A DNA stretch of 64,000 nucleotides, taken from contig OZ024751.1 in the NCBI GenBank assembly GCA_964016885.1, positions 11,842,001 through 11,906,000 on the forward strand. Direction: 5' to 3'. The number at the start of each line of letters is the position of its first letter. The first letter of the stretch is position 1. The position numbers and the translations under genes were made by a program. Positions 26,351 through 41,097 of the stretch are shown here, in pieces. This DNA comes from Eledone cirrhosa (Eukaryota). Below the pieces are notes generated by a model. It saw only the letters and a program-made list of their open reading frames with translations. It did not search any database and was not told the DNA's origin.

Positions 26351-28392
26351 CATCATCATCATCATCATCGTTTAACGTCCGTGTTCCACGCTTGCATGGG
26401 TTTGGACGGGGGTTTTTCCACTTGAGGCAAGAGTGATTGTCTTGCTCGCATAGGACTGTCTGTCGGGTTTTCTACAGCTGAATGCCCTTCCTAACATCAA
26501 CCACATTTACAGTGTGGGGCTGGGAGGTTTTTACCGTGTTGCCTACACGGCCACATTACAGCGTGGCCTGTCTGGCGGGTTTTCTACAGCTGGATGCCCT
26601 TCCTAACACCAACCACATTTACAGTGTGGGGCTGGGAGGTTTTTACCGTGTTGCCTACACGGCCACATTACAGCGTGGACTGTGTGTTTTTTTGTCGTGA
26701 CACCTACACGATCTCATTTGTTTCGGCCTGGATGTTGTGGCACCAACATAACTTTACATTGAAAGGGGCGGTGTGGATGGGGTGGGGGTGGTGGGACGGG
26801 GGTGTATTTTGTTAGAGATGCCTACTGACTGTAGTAGGTTTTACTTTGAATTTAGGTAATGCGGGTCTTCTCTATTACTGAGTACCGCCAAAGGTCTCGG
26901 TCCAGTGACATTATCTTGGAGAGGTGTAAGTGTGTGAGGTCGGAATTTATCAGCTCGTCCGAGGTTTTTCTGGGTCTGCCTACTCCGTAGCTACCGTCTA
27001 TCTTTATTGCCCTGCACTTTGTTATACAGCTGTTGTCTTTTATGCGCATCACGTGACCATACCAACGTAGCCTTCTCTCGAGTAAACAACATCTGATCCC
27101 TCTTATTTCTAATTTTTTCCTTAGTTCGCTTATGCTTTGCCGTTCACGTATGTTACTATTACACATCCAGCGGAGCATGCAAGCTTCGTTCCTCTCTAGT
27201 CTGCGTATATCCTCTGCACACAATGCCCAGGTCTCACTGCCATGCAACATTGCTGTTCGTATGCAGGCATCATACAACCTGCCTTTCATTTTTAAGGAGA
27301 ACCCTTTAGCGGCTAATAGTGGTATAAGCTCTCTGAACTTTTTCCATCCAGTTCTGACTCTAGCTACTGTACTTTCAGAGCACCCCCCCCCCCCACTGCT
27401 GATTTTGTCACCCAGGTAACGGAAGCTGTCCACTATTTCTATAGAACCCTCTGCGCAATTGAAAGAGCTAGTATTTTGTGGGCACTTGCTGCTACTTATT
27501 GCACCAGAGCACCGGCCACATGTAAAATCTATGTTCTTAGTTAGCTTACCTGTGATCCCACTATATCTTTTATGCACCCATACTTTGCATTTGGGACATA
27601 AAATGGAGTTTCTACCTACGCCTTTCCTATACACTGAGCATGGCCATTTCCCGGAAGGGACCGTCGCCTTATTTTCTTTCCTACAAACTAGTACTTTAGT
27701 CTTAGCCAGTTTAATTTTAAGCCCTTTTGATTCTAGGCCATGCTTCCATGTTTGGAATTTCTTCTCTAGATTGATTCAGCTATGAGCGTTAGATTATCTG
27801 CGTATAGGAGTTCCCATGGGCAGCCGGTCTTGAACTCCACTGATATAGCCTGAAGGGCAATAATAAATAGTAGGGGGCTAAGAACAGAGCCCTGGTGTAC
27901 ACCAACTTTTACACTAAACTCTTCACTATATTCGTTGTTAATTCTAACCTTGCTGGCTGTTTCTTTATACATGGCTTGTATAGCTCTCACAAGCCATTCG
28001 TCAACACCTAGTTTTCTAAGAGCCTACCAGATAATGGAACGGGGGACTCTGTCGAAGGCTTTCTCCAAGTCAACAAAAGCTAAGTATAAGGGTTTACTTT
28101 TAGCTCGGTACTTCTCCTGTAGTTGTCGTACAATGAAAAGAGCGTCTGTGGTACTTTTGCCTGACACAAAACCGAACTGCATTTCATCTAGATCAATTCT
28201 CTCTCTGATTAGTTGCGCTATAACTTTTTCCGTGACCTTCATGACCTGGTCGATTAATTTAATGCCTCTATAGTTACTCCTATCTAGGGCATCTCCTTTA
28301 CCCTTGTAACAGTTAATGATGATGCTGCTACGCCAGTCCTTCGGAACAACCCCATTCTGTATGACTTAGTTTACTATCCGGGTGACCATGGT
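26351..28392 (-). mobile_element. 5'-truncated RTE-clade LINE (RT domain, Cys-rich insert, C-terminus, 3' UTR, (GAT)n tail), degenerate
   Basis: QFGF..GKSTTDA, LAFVDLEKAFDRVPR, GVHQGSVLSPLLF, LLYAD, F.YLG, MLHGSETW, RRLRWYGHV.R, GRPRKT; catcatcat tail at 26351; ~112-bp tandem duplication in the 3' UTR (26455-26680). Confidence 0.95.
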
Positions 28393-28518
28393 ATGTATAT
28401 ATATATATATATATATATACGTACAAAATTAAATTAAGGTTGTCTTGTCCGAGACATGCGCTATATCCACTGTAGAATTTGCTCAAAGATTCCAATGACT
28501 AGATCCGAGCATTTTATG

Positions 28519-28821
28519 TCAACTAGAAATTGATTGGCATATATATATCTAAAATAAACACATGAAGCAATCACAGGGGATAATTTGTAAAGTGTGTAAG
28601 CACACACAGCTAGGTAGGTAACTATTTAAAGTTTAACTAGAACTTCAAATATAGATACATTTTTAAATGATTAATCTTTTTAAAAGGTATCTATATTTGA
28701 AGTTCTAGTTAAACTTTAATTAGTTATCTACCTAGCTGTGTGTGCTTACACACTTTACAAATTATCTCCTGTGATTGTTTCATATGTTTATTTTATATAT
28801 ATAAGTCAATCAATTTCTAGT

Positions 28822-28824
<3 letters not shown>
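28519..28824. repeat. Imperfect inverted repeat, ~150-bp arms, almost no spacer
   Basis: aaagtttaactagaacttcaaatatagatac / gtatctatatttgaagttctagttaaacttt and flanking matches. Confidence 0.9.
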
Positions 28825-28855
<31 letters not shown>

Positions 28856-29102
28856 CGGCGATGAATTAGTTTTGCGAGGTTTTTTATATGAAATCGTGTG
28901 TCGAAACAAATATTGTTATACTTGGGGAGGGTCATATTTGTGTAATATTGCCAGAATTAATAACAGAACACACTCACTGTTTGGTTGGTTTTCGCTTCTC
29001 GCTGTCTTTTATATCGGTAATCTAACTTACTCGGTCCTCAATGTTGCCATTGACTGACCGACGGTCAGATACAATATAGACACAAACACATATATATAGT
29101 TT

Positions 29103-29144
29103 ATCAAAAATATTTCGTTGCACATCTGCAACATCGTCAGTGGT
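29103..29144 (-). ncRNA. Type I hammerhead motif in a family C-related repeat (28915-29187)
   Basis: Reverse complement: ACCA-CTGACGA-TGTTGCAGATGTGCAAC-GAAA-TATTT-T-TGAT. Confidence 0.6.
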
Positions 29145-29182
29145 GTTATATTTTCCTCCTGTTGTGTTGTATGTCTACGCCA

Positions 29183-29217
<35 letters not shown>

Positions 29218-29399
29218 TCTGTCTATCAGACAGACTGAATGAAAATGGCGTATGATATACGTACTTATACCTCTTAAAAGGGTCCTTTCCTATTCCGTCC
29301 CACCTAGTTTATTTACTTATTTCTTTATTTCCTTATTTCTTTCTTTATTTCTTTATTTCTTTATTTCTTTATTTATTTATCTAGCCTAACAGTAGTCAG

Positions 29400-29908
29400 A
29401 GACTTAGGTCGTAGAATTTTTTTCTTTACATTTATTCCCTTTTTCAGTCTCAGTATTTTTTTTTTTTTCTTTCATATATATATTTTTACCCTTCTTTGTT
29501 CTACTTACCGTTTCGACTCCCTCCCCCTCCCCCTCCCTAGTATCTTCTTTGACCTCATGCCCAGCTGTAGCCGGCACAACCAACGCATGATTGGGTCTAC
29601 TCCACCCCCTCCCCTTTTTCTCCTACTGGCAGTGGCTAAACCAGCCACCCTCTCCCCCACCAATTTGCCACCACAGAATTACTACTAACTTGTGACCAAT
29701 CCTTTGACCATATATGGAATTACCCCTTGAGCAGCTCAGCTATTTAAATACCAGGATATATTTTCATTTAGTCCAGAATTAGCCGTCGAAACGGCTTGAG
29801 CTCAGCCGTCGGGGTCTTACTGGTTCCTATTACCCACTCAACTACCCTAAGTATTGAGTACTTTGGTGCGTTATGGTCCACCTGATTCCTTACCACATTT
29901 CCTTCGTT
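29400..29908 (+). mobile_element. Family D: solo 3' UTR/pLTR of a Naiad-type PLE ending in (TA)n
   Basis: Homologous to the reverse complement of 36893-37350; terminus taccctaagtattgagtactttggtgcgttatggtcca...ccttcgtt. Confidence 0.8.
29722..29815 (+). ncRNA. Variant HHR, family D (core UUGAGCA in this copy), long stem II
   Basis: ACCCC-TTGAGCA-G..(long)..C-GAAAC-GGC-TTGAGCTCA-GCC-GT-C-GGGGT. Confidence 0.6.
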
Positions 29909-29945
29909 ATATATATATATATATATATTGGTAACTCTATTCTTT

Positions 29946-30003
<58 letters not shown>

Positions 30004-30045
30004 TATATAATTATAATATTTATAGATATATTTTTTTTTTATAGG

Positions 30046-30096
<51 letters not shown>

Positions 30097-30165
30097 GTAT
30101 AGTATATTCGGCGAAAGACGGGAGAGAAGCTGACAGTCAGTTTCATGCTGGTTGTTGTACTCCCC

Positions 30166-31100
<935 letters not shown>

Positions 31101-31564
31101 CGTGATAAAGAATATATTGGTTTCTCCGAGAATGGAATGCCGTTTGAAATGTTTAATTACATGGACTAATTAATTTGTCTTGCAGTATTTAGTTAAATGC
31201 TTTCATGATTTAAATTAAAATTCTCCTGTGGTACTAGTTCCATAGCTACAGCGACTTTACTAAATATTTACTGTTATCAAAGTGATCAATACATTTGTCC
31301 AAAACTGAACATATATCATCAACTGAGTTGATGGGTGTGTGAGATTAGCATATTGAAAGATACGTTTGGCTGGCACAGTTTTACTTCAAGAGTATCATTC
31401 CTTTTGTGGTTAAATTAAACAAAGTAATACCATTCACATATCAGTCATTTAATTTACAAATGGCGTCGAATACCCAGTTATTAACAGCATCAGCTATAAT
31501 GCCTTGCTCTTTTATCAAAACTGTCAAGATGAAATTAGACTTTTATACTTCCAAGATCGATAAA

Positions 31565-31747
31565 TAATTGTTTCTTCTTTTGGCACAAGGCCAGCAATTG
31601 TTTCAGTATATTACTGGTCCTTTATTTTATCGACCCCGTAAGGGTGAAAGGCAGAGTTAACCTCGGCGGGATTTGAACTCAGACCATAAAGGGCCGTAAC
31701 CCTTTGCTGCAAAGCATGGCGTCCGACCCCTTACCGATACTGCCAAT
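31565..31747 (-). mobile_element. SINE S1
   Basis: Full reverse-complement copy. Confidence 0.85.
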
Positions 31748-32168
31748 CAACTATGCTGGAGAAATAGCTGTCTTTTCATTTTGCTATCCTGTGTGTCTTT
31801 CCTCATATCCACATTTCTCTCGTTCTGTTTCATTTTTTATGGGAACGTTATACTGTGTAGATTGTTTGGGATGTTGACGTACGATGCACCTTCCACTAGG
31901 AATTGAGAAGGGCTGAACAAAATTGGTACATTTCAGAAACAATCCAAGATCAATGTTATGTACAGCACAGCAGGGAAAGTTAATATGATAACATAAAAAG
32001 CAAAGTAACATCAACTATATGTAGAAGTGGATCGTTAGAAGATTTTTCACTAAGGTCCTTGCAACTGAACGATCGAGTCTTTTTTTTTTCTCACTGGTGT
32101 GAAATTTTCAGTAATATGTTTATGCAAACAGATGAATATAAGCCGAAAACAATGTGTTACTGTTAGTT

Positions 32169-32248
<80 letters not shown>

Positions 32249-32431
32249 CACTTAACAAAATTAACAAAGAGAAGACAAGACAAGGAACGAAAACAAGACA
32301 AAACGAAAAACAATTTTTTGATTTGAAAATACAAATACAAACGAAAGACACATAACTCCTGTGACGAACGTTTCTTTTCGTCAGAAGATCAATTTAGTCA
32401 GAAGATCAATTTATTATTCCGTAGATCGATA

Positions 32432-32908
32432 AACTCACAAACACACATACAGACCCACAAACACACATACAGACACACAAACACACATACAGACTCACAA
32501 ACACACATACAAACTCACAAACACACATACATACTCACAAACATACATACAGACCCACAAACACACATACAGACTCACAAACACACATACACACTCACAA
32601 ACACACACACAGACTCACAAACACACATACAAATCCACAAACACACATACATACCCACAAACACACATACAGACTCACAAACACACATACAGACTCAGAA
32701 ACAGACATACATACTCACAGACATACATACAGACCCACAAACACACATACATATTCACAAACACATATACACACCACCAAACACACATACATACTCACCG
32801 ACACACATACAGACTCACAAACACGCATACAGACTCACAAACACCCACACAGGCTCACAGACACACATACAGACCCACAAACACACATACAGACTCACAA
32901 ACACCCAC
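32432..32908. repeat. 20-bp minisatellite (ACAAACACACATACAGACTC)n
   Basis: About 24 units read directly. Confidence 0.95.
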
Positions 32909-33027
32909 ATGTACAGATACACAGCACAAAGAGGAACTACAGCCAGTGCCAACACTATAATCACTCACAGCATGACCCCCAAACCACCCATAGTAATCTC
33001 ACATTTAAGGTAACCAACCGTGTGTGC

Positions 33028-33103
<76 letters not shown>

Positions 33104-33239
33104 ATAATAATAAATAATAAATAAATAATAATGCAATTCTTTGCTTAAACTTTATTCTGTTATTTTAATAAATAAATAAATATATATATATACGTCAATG
33201 ATATTAAATAAATGGAAACTTTATTTATAAAACCATATT

Positions 33240-33309
33240 TATTCTATTATATATATTTCAAGGGTACCAAAAAAAAAACAACTTTGGTACGCTTTCATCA
33301 GATAAAATA
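33240..33309 (-). ncRNA. Type I hammerhead ribozyme, family A, intact core (within repeat 33195-33445)
   Basis: Reverse complement: TATTTTAT-CTGATGA-AAGCGTACCAAAG..TTTGGTACCCTT-GAAA-TATATAT-A-ATAGAATA. Confidence 0.75.
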
Positions 33310-33437
33310 CAAAGAGTGTTTTATAAATTTTGACATAGCCAAGGAATTCCTACCCCTATCAGTTGAATTTTCGAGTGCTCTGAATCAGTTATAAACATTT
33401 ATATTTGTTGTATTTCCAACAAATTAAATATCCCTTC

Positions 33438-33506
<69 letters not shown>

Positions 33507-33801
33507 CACGCAGTCAGACACTTGTCACAGTAGAGCACTGCTACTACTACTGCTATCACCACTACTACTACTATTAATAACAATACTAATACCAAGATCA
33601 ACTACAACAGCAGCGAATCGCACATTAATGCAACATTTATACATCTATATAGGCATACATCGCCACACACATGTAAATATACAAAAACTCACACTCACAC
33701 ATCATACATATATATATATATATACAAACATATACAAACATATACACCTACATATATACAAACACACACGCGCACACACGCACGCACACACGCACGCACA
33801 C

Positions 33802-33902
<101 letters not shown>

Positions 33903-34737
33903 CATATATGTATATATATATATGTATATATACTGCATCACGAGATCACAGCAGAAAACACAGAGAAATGAGAAATACATTAATAAACCAACAAATATAA
34001 CGAACAAACATACAAACAACTATACAAACACGTATTCCAGAAGAGAGGGAAAGAGAAACGACTAACAAATATGAAGTAGATGAGAAAAGTCTACTACTTT
34101 CAGTTTGCCATATATACACACACATTAAATAGAAAGAGGAAAATAAAAGGTAAAACGATATATGCGTGGACAAATTTCACTGAAGTTTGATGAATAATCA
34201 AATTGGAAGAATATTTTGACTTCAGTTAACCTAATAAGCCTTTCAATATTAGAAGTTGGTCGGCTGTAAATTGGCCTTGAATACAGGAGCTTTCATGCAA
34301 AAGTCAAAGCTAGCCATATCGCTTTATATAAACTACGTTGGATTCAAGCCAGTGTTTGTGTAATATATTCATTCAATCACATACTTTCTTTTGCTTTGCT
34401 CCCAGGTTGCTGTCCTCGTCGTGTTTCAATGGTGAATGTTACTGAATGATGGCAAATGCTGAATGGTAAATATGTGAATATATATGTGTATAAATACGTA
34501 AATATACATATATATTTTTATGTATATATATATATATATATACATACAATTGTATATATATATATATATATATACATATGCATAAATATATGTAAATATA
34601 TATATGGGTGCATATGTATACATATGCATAAATACGTATGTAAATATATATAAATGTATATATATATATATACATATATACATACAAATGCATATTTATA
34701 TTTATGAATATATATATAAAATATATATATATGAATA

Positions 34738-34786
<49 letters not shown>

Positions 34787-34940
34787 TTGTATGTATATAT
34801 GAATGGGAGATGTATAAAAGCAATGATGCCATGTACACAGTGAACATTTGAGACATTTATTTCCACATCACTGCATATTTACGTATATATATAAATATAT
34901 ATATATTTATATATATATATATATATTATATATATATATT

Positions 34941-34972
<32 letters not shown>

Positions 34973-34976
34973 TATA

Positions 34977-35067
<91 letters not shown>

Positions 35068-35089
35068 GTGCGCGTGTGTGTGTGTGTGT

Positions 35090-35134
<45 letters not shown>

Positions 35135-35623
35135 AGCGCGAGGGGGGGGGGGATATTATGCAATTGTGCAGGTTTATGCGTATATGTAGATGTTAGACTG
35201 ATCACGGGTATACTGGGCGATTTTAAGTGTGCATCGTCATGAAGATGTATTCCATACGTATACACAAACACACACATATATGCTGTCATCATATCGATAG
35301 CTCTAATATTCTCCACATTCTCGCTCTTTCTCTATGTGTCTATCTATTTATCTATGTATCTATCTATCTACCTAGTTATAAATATCACTCTTGCACACAG
35401 TTGAAGCAGTTATAGTGTTTTATCCCTGGTACAATTACCTTCAGGAGAAAATTAGTTGCCCCAATACTTTGCCTATCCGTACAATCTTTGCCTCCGCCAT
35501 ATATATATATATAAAGTTTCATTAACAAATATATCAATGTGCGCAGACACGCAGATATATTGCCCTTGGTATGACAGTGTGGTTTTAGCTCAAAGTAGGA
35601 TAAGTGGTATACTACAGAGCCGT

Positions 35624-35928
35624 TATAGGTTTAGGAATAACCAAAGAATGCTTAGAAATATATTGTTTTATTAGCTAACAGTGTTTCATCCGTAACATAA
35701 GGCAGGAATCATCAGATCCTATAAACAAGAGTATATCAATAGTTGCATGCCCTATCAAGCTGCGTCACCAGAACAAGGTTAAGGGGCCAGCAGGGGGGTC
35801 CCGAGGCCAGCGCTCTATAGAAACAAACTCAATTTTTGAATGATTCCTGCCTTAGGGTACGGATGAAATACTGTTAGCTAATAAAACAATGTATTTCTAA
35901 GCACTGTTTGGTTATTCCTGAACCCATA
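35624..35928. repeat. Diverged inverted repeat (~88-bp arms, ~130-nt spacer) with an HHR in the left arm
   Basis: attgttttattagctaacagtgtttcatccgta / tacggatgaaatactgttagctaataaaacaat. Confidence 0.85.
35670..35722 (-). ncRNA. Type I hammerhead motif, intact core, weak stem I
   Basis: Reverse complement: CTGATGA-TTCC..GGAT-GAAAC-ACT-GT-T-AGCTAAT. Confidence 0.55.
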
Positions 35929-36892
35929 TATATATATATAGTTATTTTTTAATAATGTCCATCCACTAAGCATGTATGTGCGACCTTAAGTAGCCATAAC
36001 TTGTCCCCGGAACCTAAGATCGCCCATACATATTAAGTGTAGGAACATTAATAAAAACTAAATAAACTTTCTTGTATTTCATTGAGCATCCTTTTCTTTG
36101 CCTTATATCTACAGATATCGTACATCCACAAAGATCTGCGTGTATGAGTGTGTGGAATGGCGTCGGATAGTGCAACGTACATGTGAATTATCTTTCTTTA
36201 TCAGATGCCGGAAAAATTATCTAATTCAATTGAATACAAACGTCTTCCTCTTGACTCTTCTGCCTAATTGTTTTATTTTGTGAATAACAGATGAATTTAA
36301 TTCTAATGACAAATAATGTGGTCGTGCTTCAAGGAGGTTGTTGTAAAAGTGGCCATTAAAAATGTCATTTCAATTGATACACAATATAATAATATCGCAA
36401 TAGAATTTTAATTTAGAAGATCACATTTTAAGTCGTGATTAACTCTTTAGGATTTAAACCAGCCATATCCGGCCAGAATTCTCTCACCTCTTTCTGTTCA
36501 AACCAGCCGTAACTAGCCACTCATACTGATGTTAAGGTCTTGTTTTCAAAGTAAATAATATCATTAATATCTCAAAGATTCGATGTGAAAAATTATGTGA
36601 GATAAAGCCTTTACTGTGAAAATACAATAGTAAATATAGAGTAATGTGAATGCTAAAGAGTTAAATGAATTAGTATTTAAGTCAACCTGTTCTTTTGATA
36701 TTTGTTTAATTCATAAGACTACGACCACGCAAGGACACAGCTCTGAATGGATCTAGTCCATCATATCGGTCCCAGTAATTACTTTTTCAAGTTTGTTACA
36801 TAATCTATTAATGTCACTTTGCCAAACCGCTATGGGTCTATTCACAGAAACCCACTCGGCTGTGTCTATTCACAGAAACCCTGCCTGCCCAA

Positions 36893-38543
36893 AACAAAGG
36901 AATTGTGGTGAGGAACCAGATGGACCATAACGCACCAGAGTACTCAATACTTAGGGTAGTAGAGTGGGAAATAGGAAAAAGTAAGACCCCCGACGGCAGA
37001 GCTCAAGCGGTTTTGACGCCTATTTCTGGACTAGAATTTTTAGCCTGGTGAATAACTAGCCGAACTTGTCAAGGGGGTACTTCCTTATATGGGAAGATTG
37101 TAGTTGTCAAGAGGATTGGTTAAAATTTGTTGTAAACAGAAATAAGTCTATCATGGCATTTGGTGGTAGGTAGGGGTGGCTGAACTTGCCTGTAGAACAA
37201 TAGGGTGTGAGTGGAGCGGTCAAGCGTTGAAAGTGATATGTATACAGTAGATTCTAAGGATAGTGTATGAAGTGGGGGAGGGAGGTTATAGAAAAGGGAA
37301 ATCGAATGAGAGTAGGAGACAATAAAAGATGATAGGAAAAAAAAATATATATATAGTGAGAAATGAATAAAAAATCACAATGCTATCTTACAATTACAGG
37401 TTAATAAGTTGAGAATAGAAAAAACTTGTAGAAATTGAGTAGTACCAGAACTGATACAAAAATTAAAGGGGTTTAACAAGTCTGCTATAAGTAGTTAGTA
37501 AAACGTATTCGGCCAATTCAATATTAAAATTACAGGGGTGGGGGAATTGATGCTACAGAGGCCCGATGGGCTGCATCGGGGTAGGCGAAAGGGGAAAAGC
37601 AGACGAGGAAGAAAATAGGGGGTGGAAGGAAGTGATAGGATGAGACAGGGGGGAAGAAGACAAAGAGGAAAAGAAAAGAAAAGAGATACATCTACCTAAG
37701 TAAGCTGGGGTTTCGGCAAGTGGGGGGGGGGGGGGGTATCATCCCTTGTCTACCCACCCGGGTCGTTATGGGGTTTGAGGGCGAGGTAAGTTCTACGCAA
37801 TCTGTGTTTGCATGCGGTTACCAGTTCGTCTTTCTTGTTTAGGAGTTGGTCCTCCGAAAACAGTATTTTTAATGTTTCCTCCAACCATAAGTTACACGGA
37901 CGGCGCCCTCCCGTGTAAGAGTTAGCTCTGGACAGTAAGCTCCAAGTGAAATTGTAGGTTATATTATTATCTTGGAGGTCCCAGATGTGGCCCGAAAGTG
38001 TAGTGGCATGTCGCCGGACAGGGTTTCGGAAAGTATGTCGGTGTTGGTAGAGCCGGGTCTTGAAATCACAAGCGGTTAATCCTATATAAGCTTTGTTGGA
38101 GGTGTCCGTCCTCACGTTGCACTGGTAGATCACGTTACGTTCTCGGCATTTGTTGTTGAGGGGGCACGTAGATCTATCAGGACAATTACACCTCCTGGTC
38201 GACTCTCCACTGATGTCTAGGTTATTTCTTCCATACCGGTTGAGTTTTTTGTTGTTTGAGGAGACGATGTTTTGTGCGAAGTTAGGTGTGGTGCTGTAGG
38301 AGAGTTTGATGGTGTTTTTGTTGATTATGTTGTGGTAGCGTGTTGTAGTGGGAAGTGTTTTTAGAGGAGTCTAAAGAAGATTTTCCCGATAGGTGTTGCC
38401 ACCTCGGCATTATGGGGAGGATTGAAACACGTAACGTTGCGTGAGCGGTGGTGTCGCCTGCTGGTTCAGCGGTTCAGCTAAGGGAAGCTGGATAAAAGGA
38501 TATTTCCTCCCGGAAGCCACTCCGTGTGTGTGTGTGTGTGTGT

Positions 38544-38636
<93 letters not shown>

Positions 38637-39122
38637 TGAGAGAGAGAGCGAAGGGGCCTGGTTGTAATGAGGCGCGTGTTCATCGAATATCTGCTCTCTA
38701 GCGGATACACGAGATATGCGGAGGGAGATGTTTTAAACCAGGTTATTGGTGATGTTTCTAGGATGGTTAGAGCGGCGGTGGATGTAGGGCAGATTGTCGT
38801 TTGGTTTCCTGTATGGGTAGTACAGATCATTTTCGAGGTTAAGAGTAACGTCCAGGAAATTGACTCGGGTTAGGGACGTTTGTAGGGTGATTTTAAATCG
38901 CCAGTCCCGGAAGAAGTTGATTAGTTGTTTAGGGATCCGGTCTGTACTACTAGGGTTGTACCCTTTGAGGGTGAGGAGCCCATCATCCCGGTACAATCCA
39001 CCACTGAATGCAGGAAACATTTCGGTGAGTTTAAATAGTAGGAATAATCCTATAAGATCTGTGACCACGGCCGAATCCGTCGCGCCCATACTGACAGTAG
39101 TACAGACCGGGTCCGTAAACAA
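36893..39122 (-). mobile_element. 5'-truncated Penelope-like element (Naiad-type): RT + CxC-x4-C-x5-C linker + GIY-YIG + long 3' UTR; interrupted by a (CA)n run at 38525-38648
   Basis: MGATDSAVVTDLIGL, GGLYRDDGL, VNFLDVTLNL, YPYRKPN...YIH..SNHP; CNCPDRSTCPLNNKC; IYQC..AYIGLT..FKTR..QH...F...CNL.LEE..LLNKKDEL..CKH. Confidence 0.92.
36986..37078 (-). ncRNA. Variant HHR, family D (core UUGACAA; GAAAC->AAAAC), at the Naiad 3' end
   Basis: Reverse complement: ACCCCC-TTGACAA-G..C-AAAAC-CGC..GCC-GT-C-GGGGGT. Confidence 0.6.
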
Positions 39123-39534
39123 CTAGATAGAAATATAATTTTTTCTTCATAAGTTACATACTCTAATCACACTCAGGTGGACCTTTGCACATCTACTCTA
39201 TAATAATCAGTTCCTTATCTTCTTTAGGTTAACCAGGAATATTTTCACTCTTGTTAAATAGAAGCCGCCGAACACATAGCCATGTTTTTTTGGTGTATCA
39301 TTATGAAAGAAAATACTAGTAAATTACTGTATTGAGGAACCCTTCCCGTGCATTAGTGTAACTGATAACGAAATTTCTTTATTACGAATTTAATTAGTAT
39401 TAATATCTATATGCTTTGCTCTTTAGGTAAGTGTTAGACTGGCATACTTTATTACACTCTAATAACCTTCCTTGATTCTCATATGCTGAAATTATTTTCT
39501 TTTCCCTATTAAATATAGTTGTAAAGATTTCTCT

Positions 39535-39890
39535 CTTAACGCCTGACCGGCTTGGTACCCACTGGTCAGACAGTCACCTTACTCCCTCAACTTTGTTCTA
39601 CAGGACAGTTCACCCCCACACCACCCCGCTATGAAGTAATTTAACCATGTACTTGGCATCCCAAAATCATTGACCACTCTCCCCTGACAGACAAGAAAAA
39701 CAACAGATTTTTAGGATTGTTTGATTTGGTATTTCTGATTTTGTTTTGTTTTGACTGCATAACCATATTTGGACTGTACCCCTTCAAAAATTGAGCTAGT
39801 TTCCCGCCGTCCTAATACTGTTGACTTTGTTCGGATCTAGCTGTCGAAACGGCCAGAGCTCAGCTGTCGGGGTCATGGCACATTTCCTAT
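39535..39890 (+). mobile_element. Inverted, diverged family D 3' region upstream of the truncated Naiad; HHR variant at 39778-39873
   Basis: ACCCC-TTCAAAA-..GCTAG..CTAGC..C-GAAAC-GGC..GCT-GT-C-GGGGT; ttgttctacagg..agttca shared with the reverse complement of ~37180-37200. Confidence 0.6.
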
Positions 39891-39988
39891 ATAGATATAT
39901 AAGTAGAAGTTGTATTTAATTAATGAAATATATATAATAAAATAAATATGGTTTTATAAATATAGTTTCCATTTATTTAATATCATTG

Positions 39989-40104
<116 letters not shown>

Positions 40105-40144
40105 GTTACAACAGTGGCATGCGCAGAGACCCATTCAGTCTTCC

Positions 40145-40226
<82 letters not shown>

Positions 40227-40714
40227 GTGTGTGTGTGTGTATGTGTATGCATGTATGTGAATATGTGTGGAATTCATTTTTATCATCATTATCCTAAATT
40301 CTTTTTTTCTTTTTGTGTTTATTTATAACATGAATTAGATGTTGATCCCTGAATGTGGTGAAATATACAAATAAACTCGCATTGGCAACATTCTTGTCAT
40401 GGTGACACAAACAGAGCAGAGAACAATTTTCCTAATTTAGCACTATACTTGAATCCTGGGGTATTCTTGGGAGAAGTTTTATATTTGTTTGAAAAAAAAC
40501 CCTTTCTTTCTTCCAGTCATCCATTTGACAACCACCCGAAGTTTGTAACCTGACTCTGGAGTCTATCTAGTATGGTTCAGGGGTTTCTTTTTCGGGTTGT
40601 GAATGCAACAACATATTTGCATAAAGAAATCTCTCCTATATATAAGGAAAAAAGAAAGATGAAATCGAAAATGCAACTGGAGACTTTTTTTTTTAAATAT
40701 ATATATTTATTTCG

Positions 40715-40758
40715 TTCCTTTACCGGTTTCGTAGTTCTTCTGCTTTTCAAAAGTAGAA
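40715..40758 (-). ncRNA. Minimal HHR with U3-A8 variant core and palindromic stem III ACCGGU
   Basis: Reverse complement: CTT-TTGAAAA-GCAGAAGAACTAC-GAAAC-CG-GT-A-AAG, followed by AATAAA and (TA)n. Confidence 0.55.
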
Positions 40759-40780
40759 TTGTGATGGAGGGTCTCTGGTT

Positions 40781-40906
<126 letters not shown>

Positions 40907-40965
40907 TATGTTGATTTAAAACTGCACTATCCACAAGTGTTTTTAACCTTCATATCATGTCCTCC

Positions 40966-41036
40966 TATTTTATCTGATGAAAACACAAATGTTATTGCAT
41001 GATGATATTTGTTTTTGAAATGCGCATTATAAAATA
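40966..41036 (+). ncRNA. Type I hammerhead ribozyme, intact core, long stem II, palindromic stem III AUGCGCAU
   Basis: TATTTTAT-CTGATGA-AAACACAAATGTTATT..GATGATATTTGTTTTT-GAAA-TGCGCAT-T-ATAAAATA. Confidence 0.8.
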
Positions 41037-41066
41037 CATGGAACTCATTTAACCATCTTTTGATCT

Positions 41067-41097
<31 letters not shown>

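Noticed and set aside
32360-32390. CTGACGA-AAA-GAAAC-GTTC-GTC on the minus strand
   Set aside because: No stem II and stem I does not pair
38130-38200. Possible selenocysteine (UGA) codons in the Naiad Cys motif
   Set aside because: Cys codons here read TGT/TGC; no in-frame UGA at these positions
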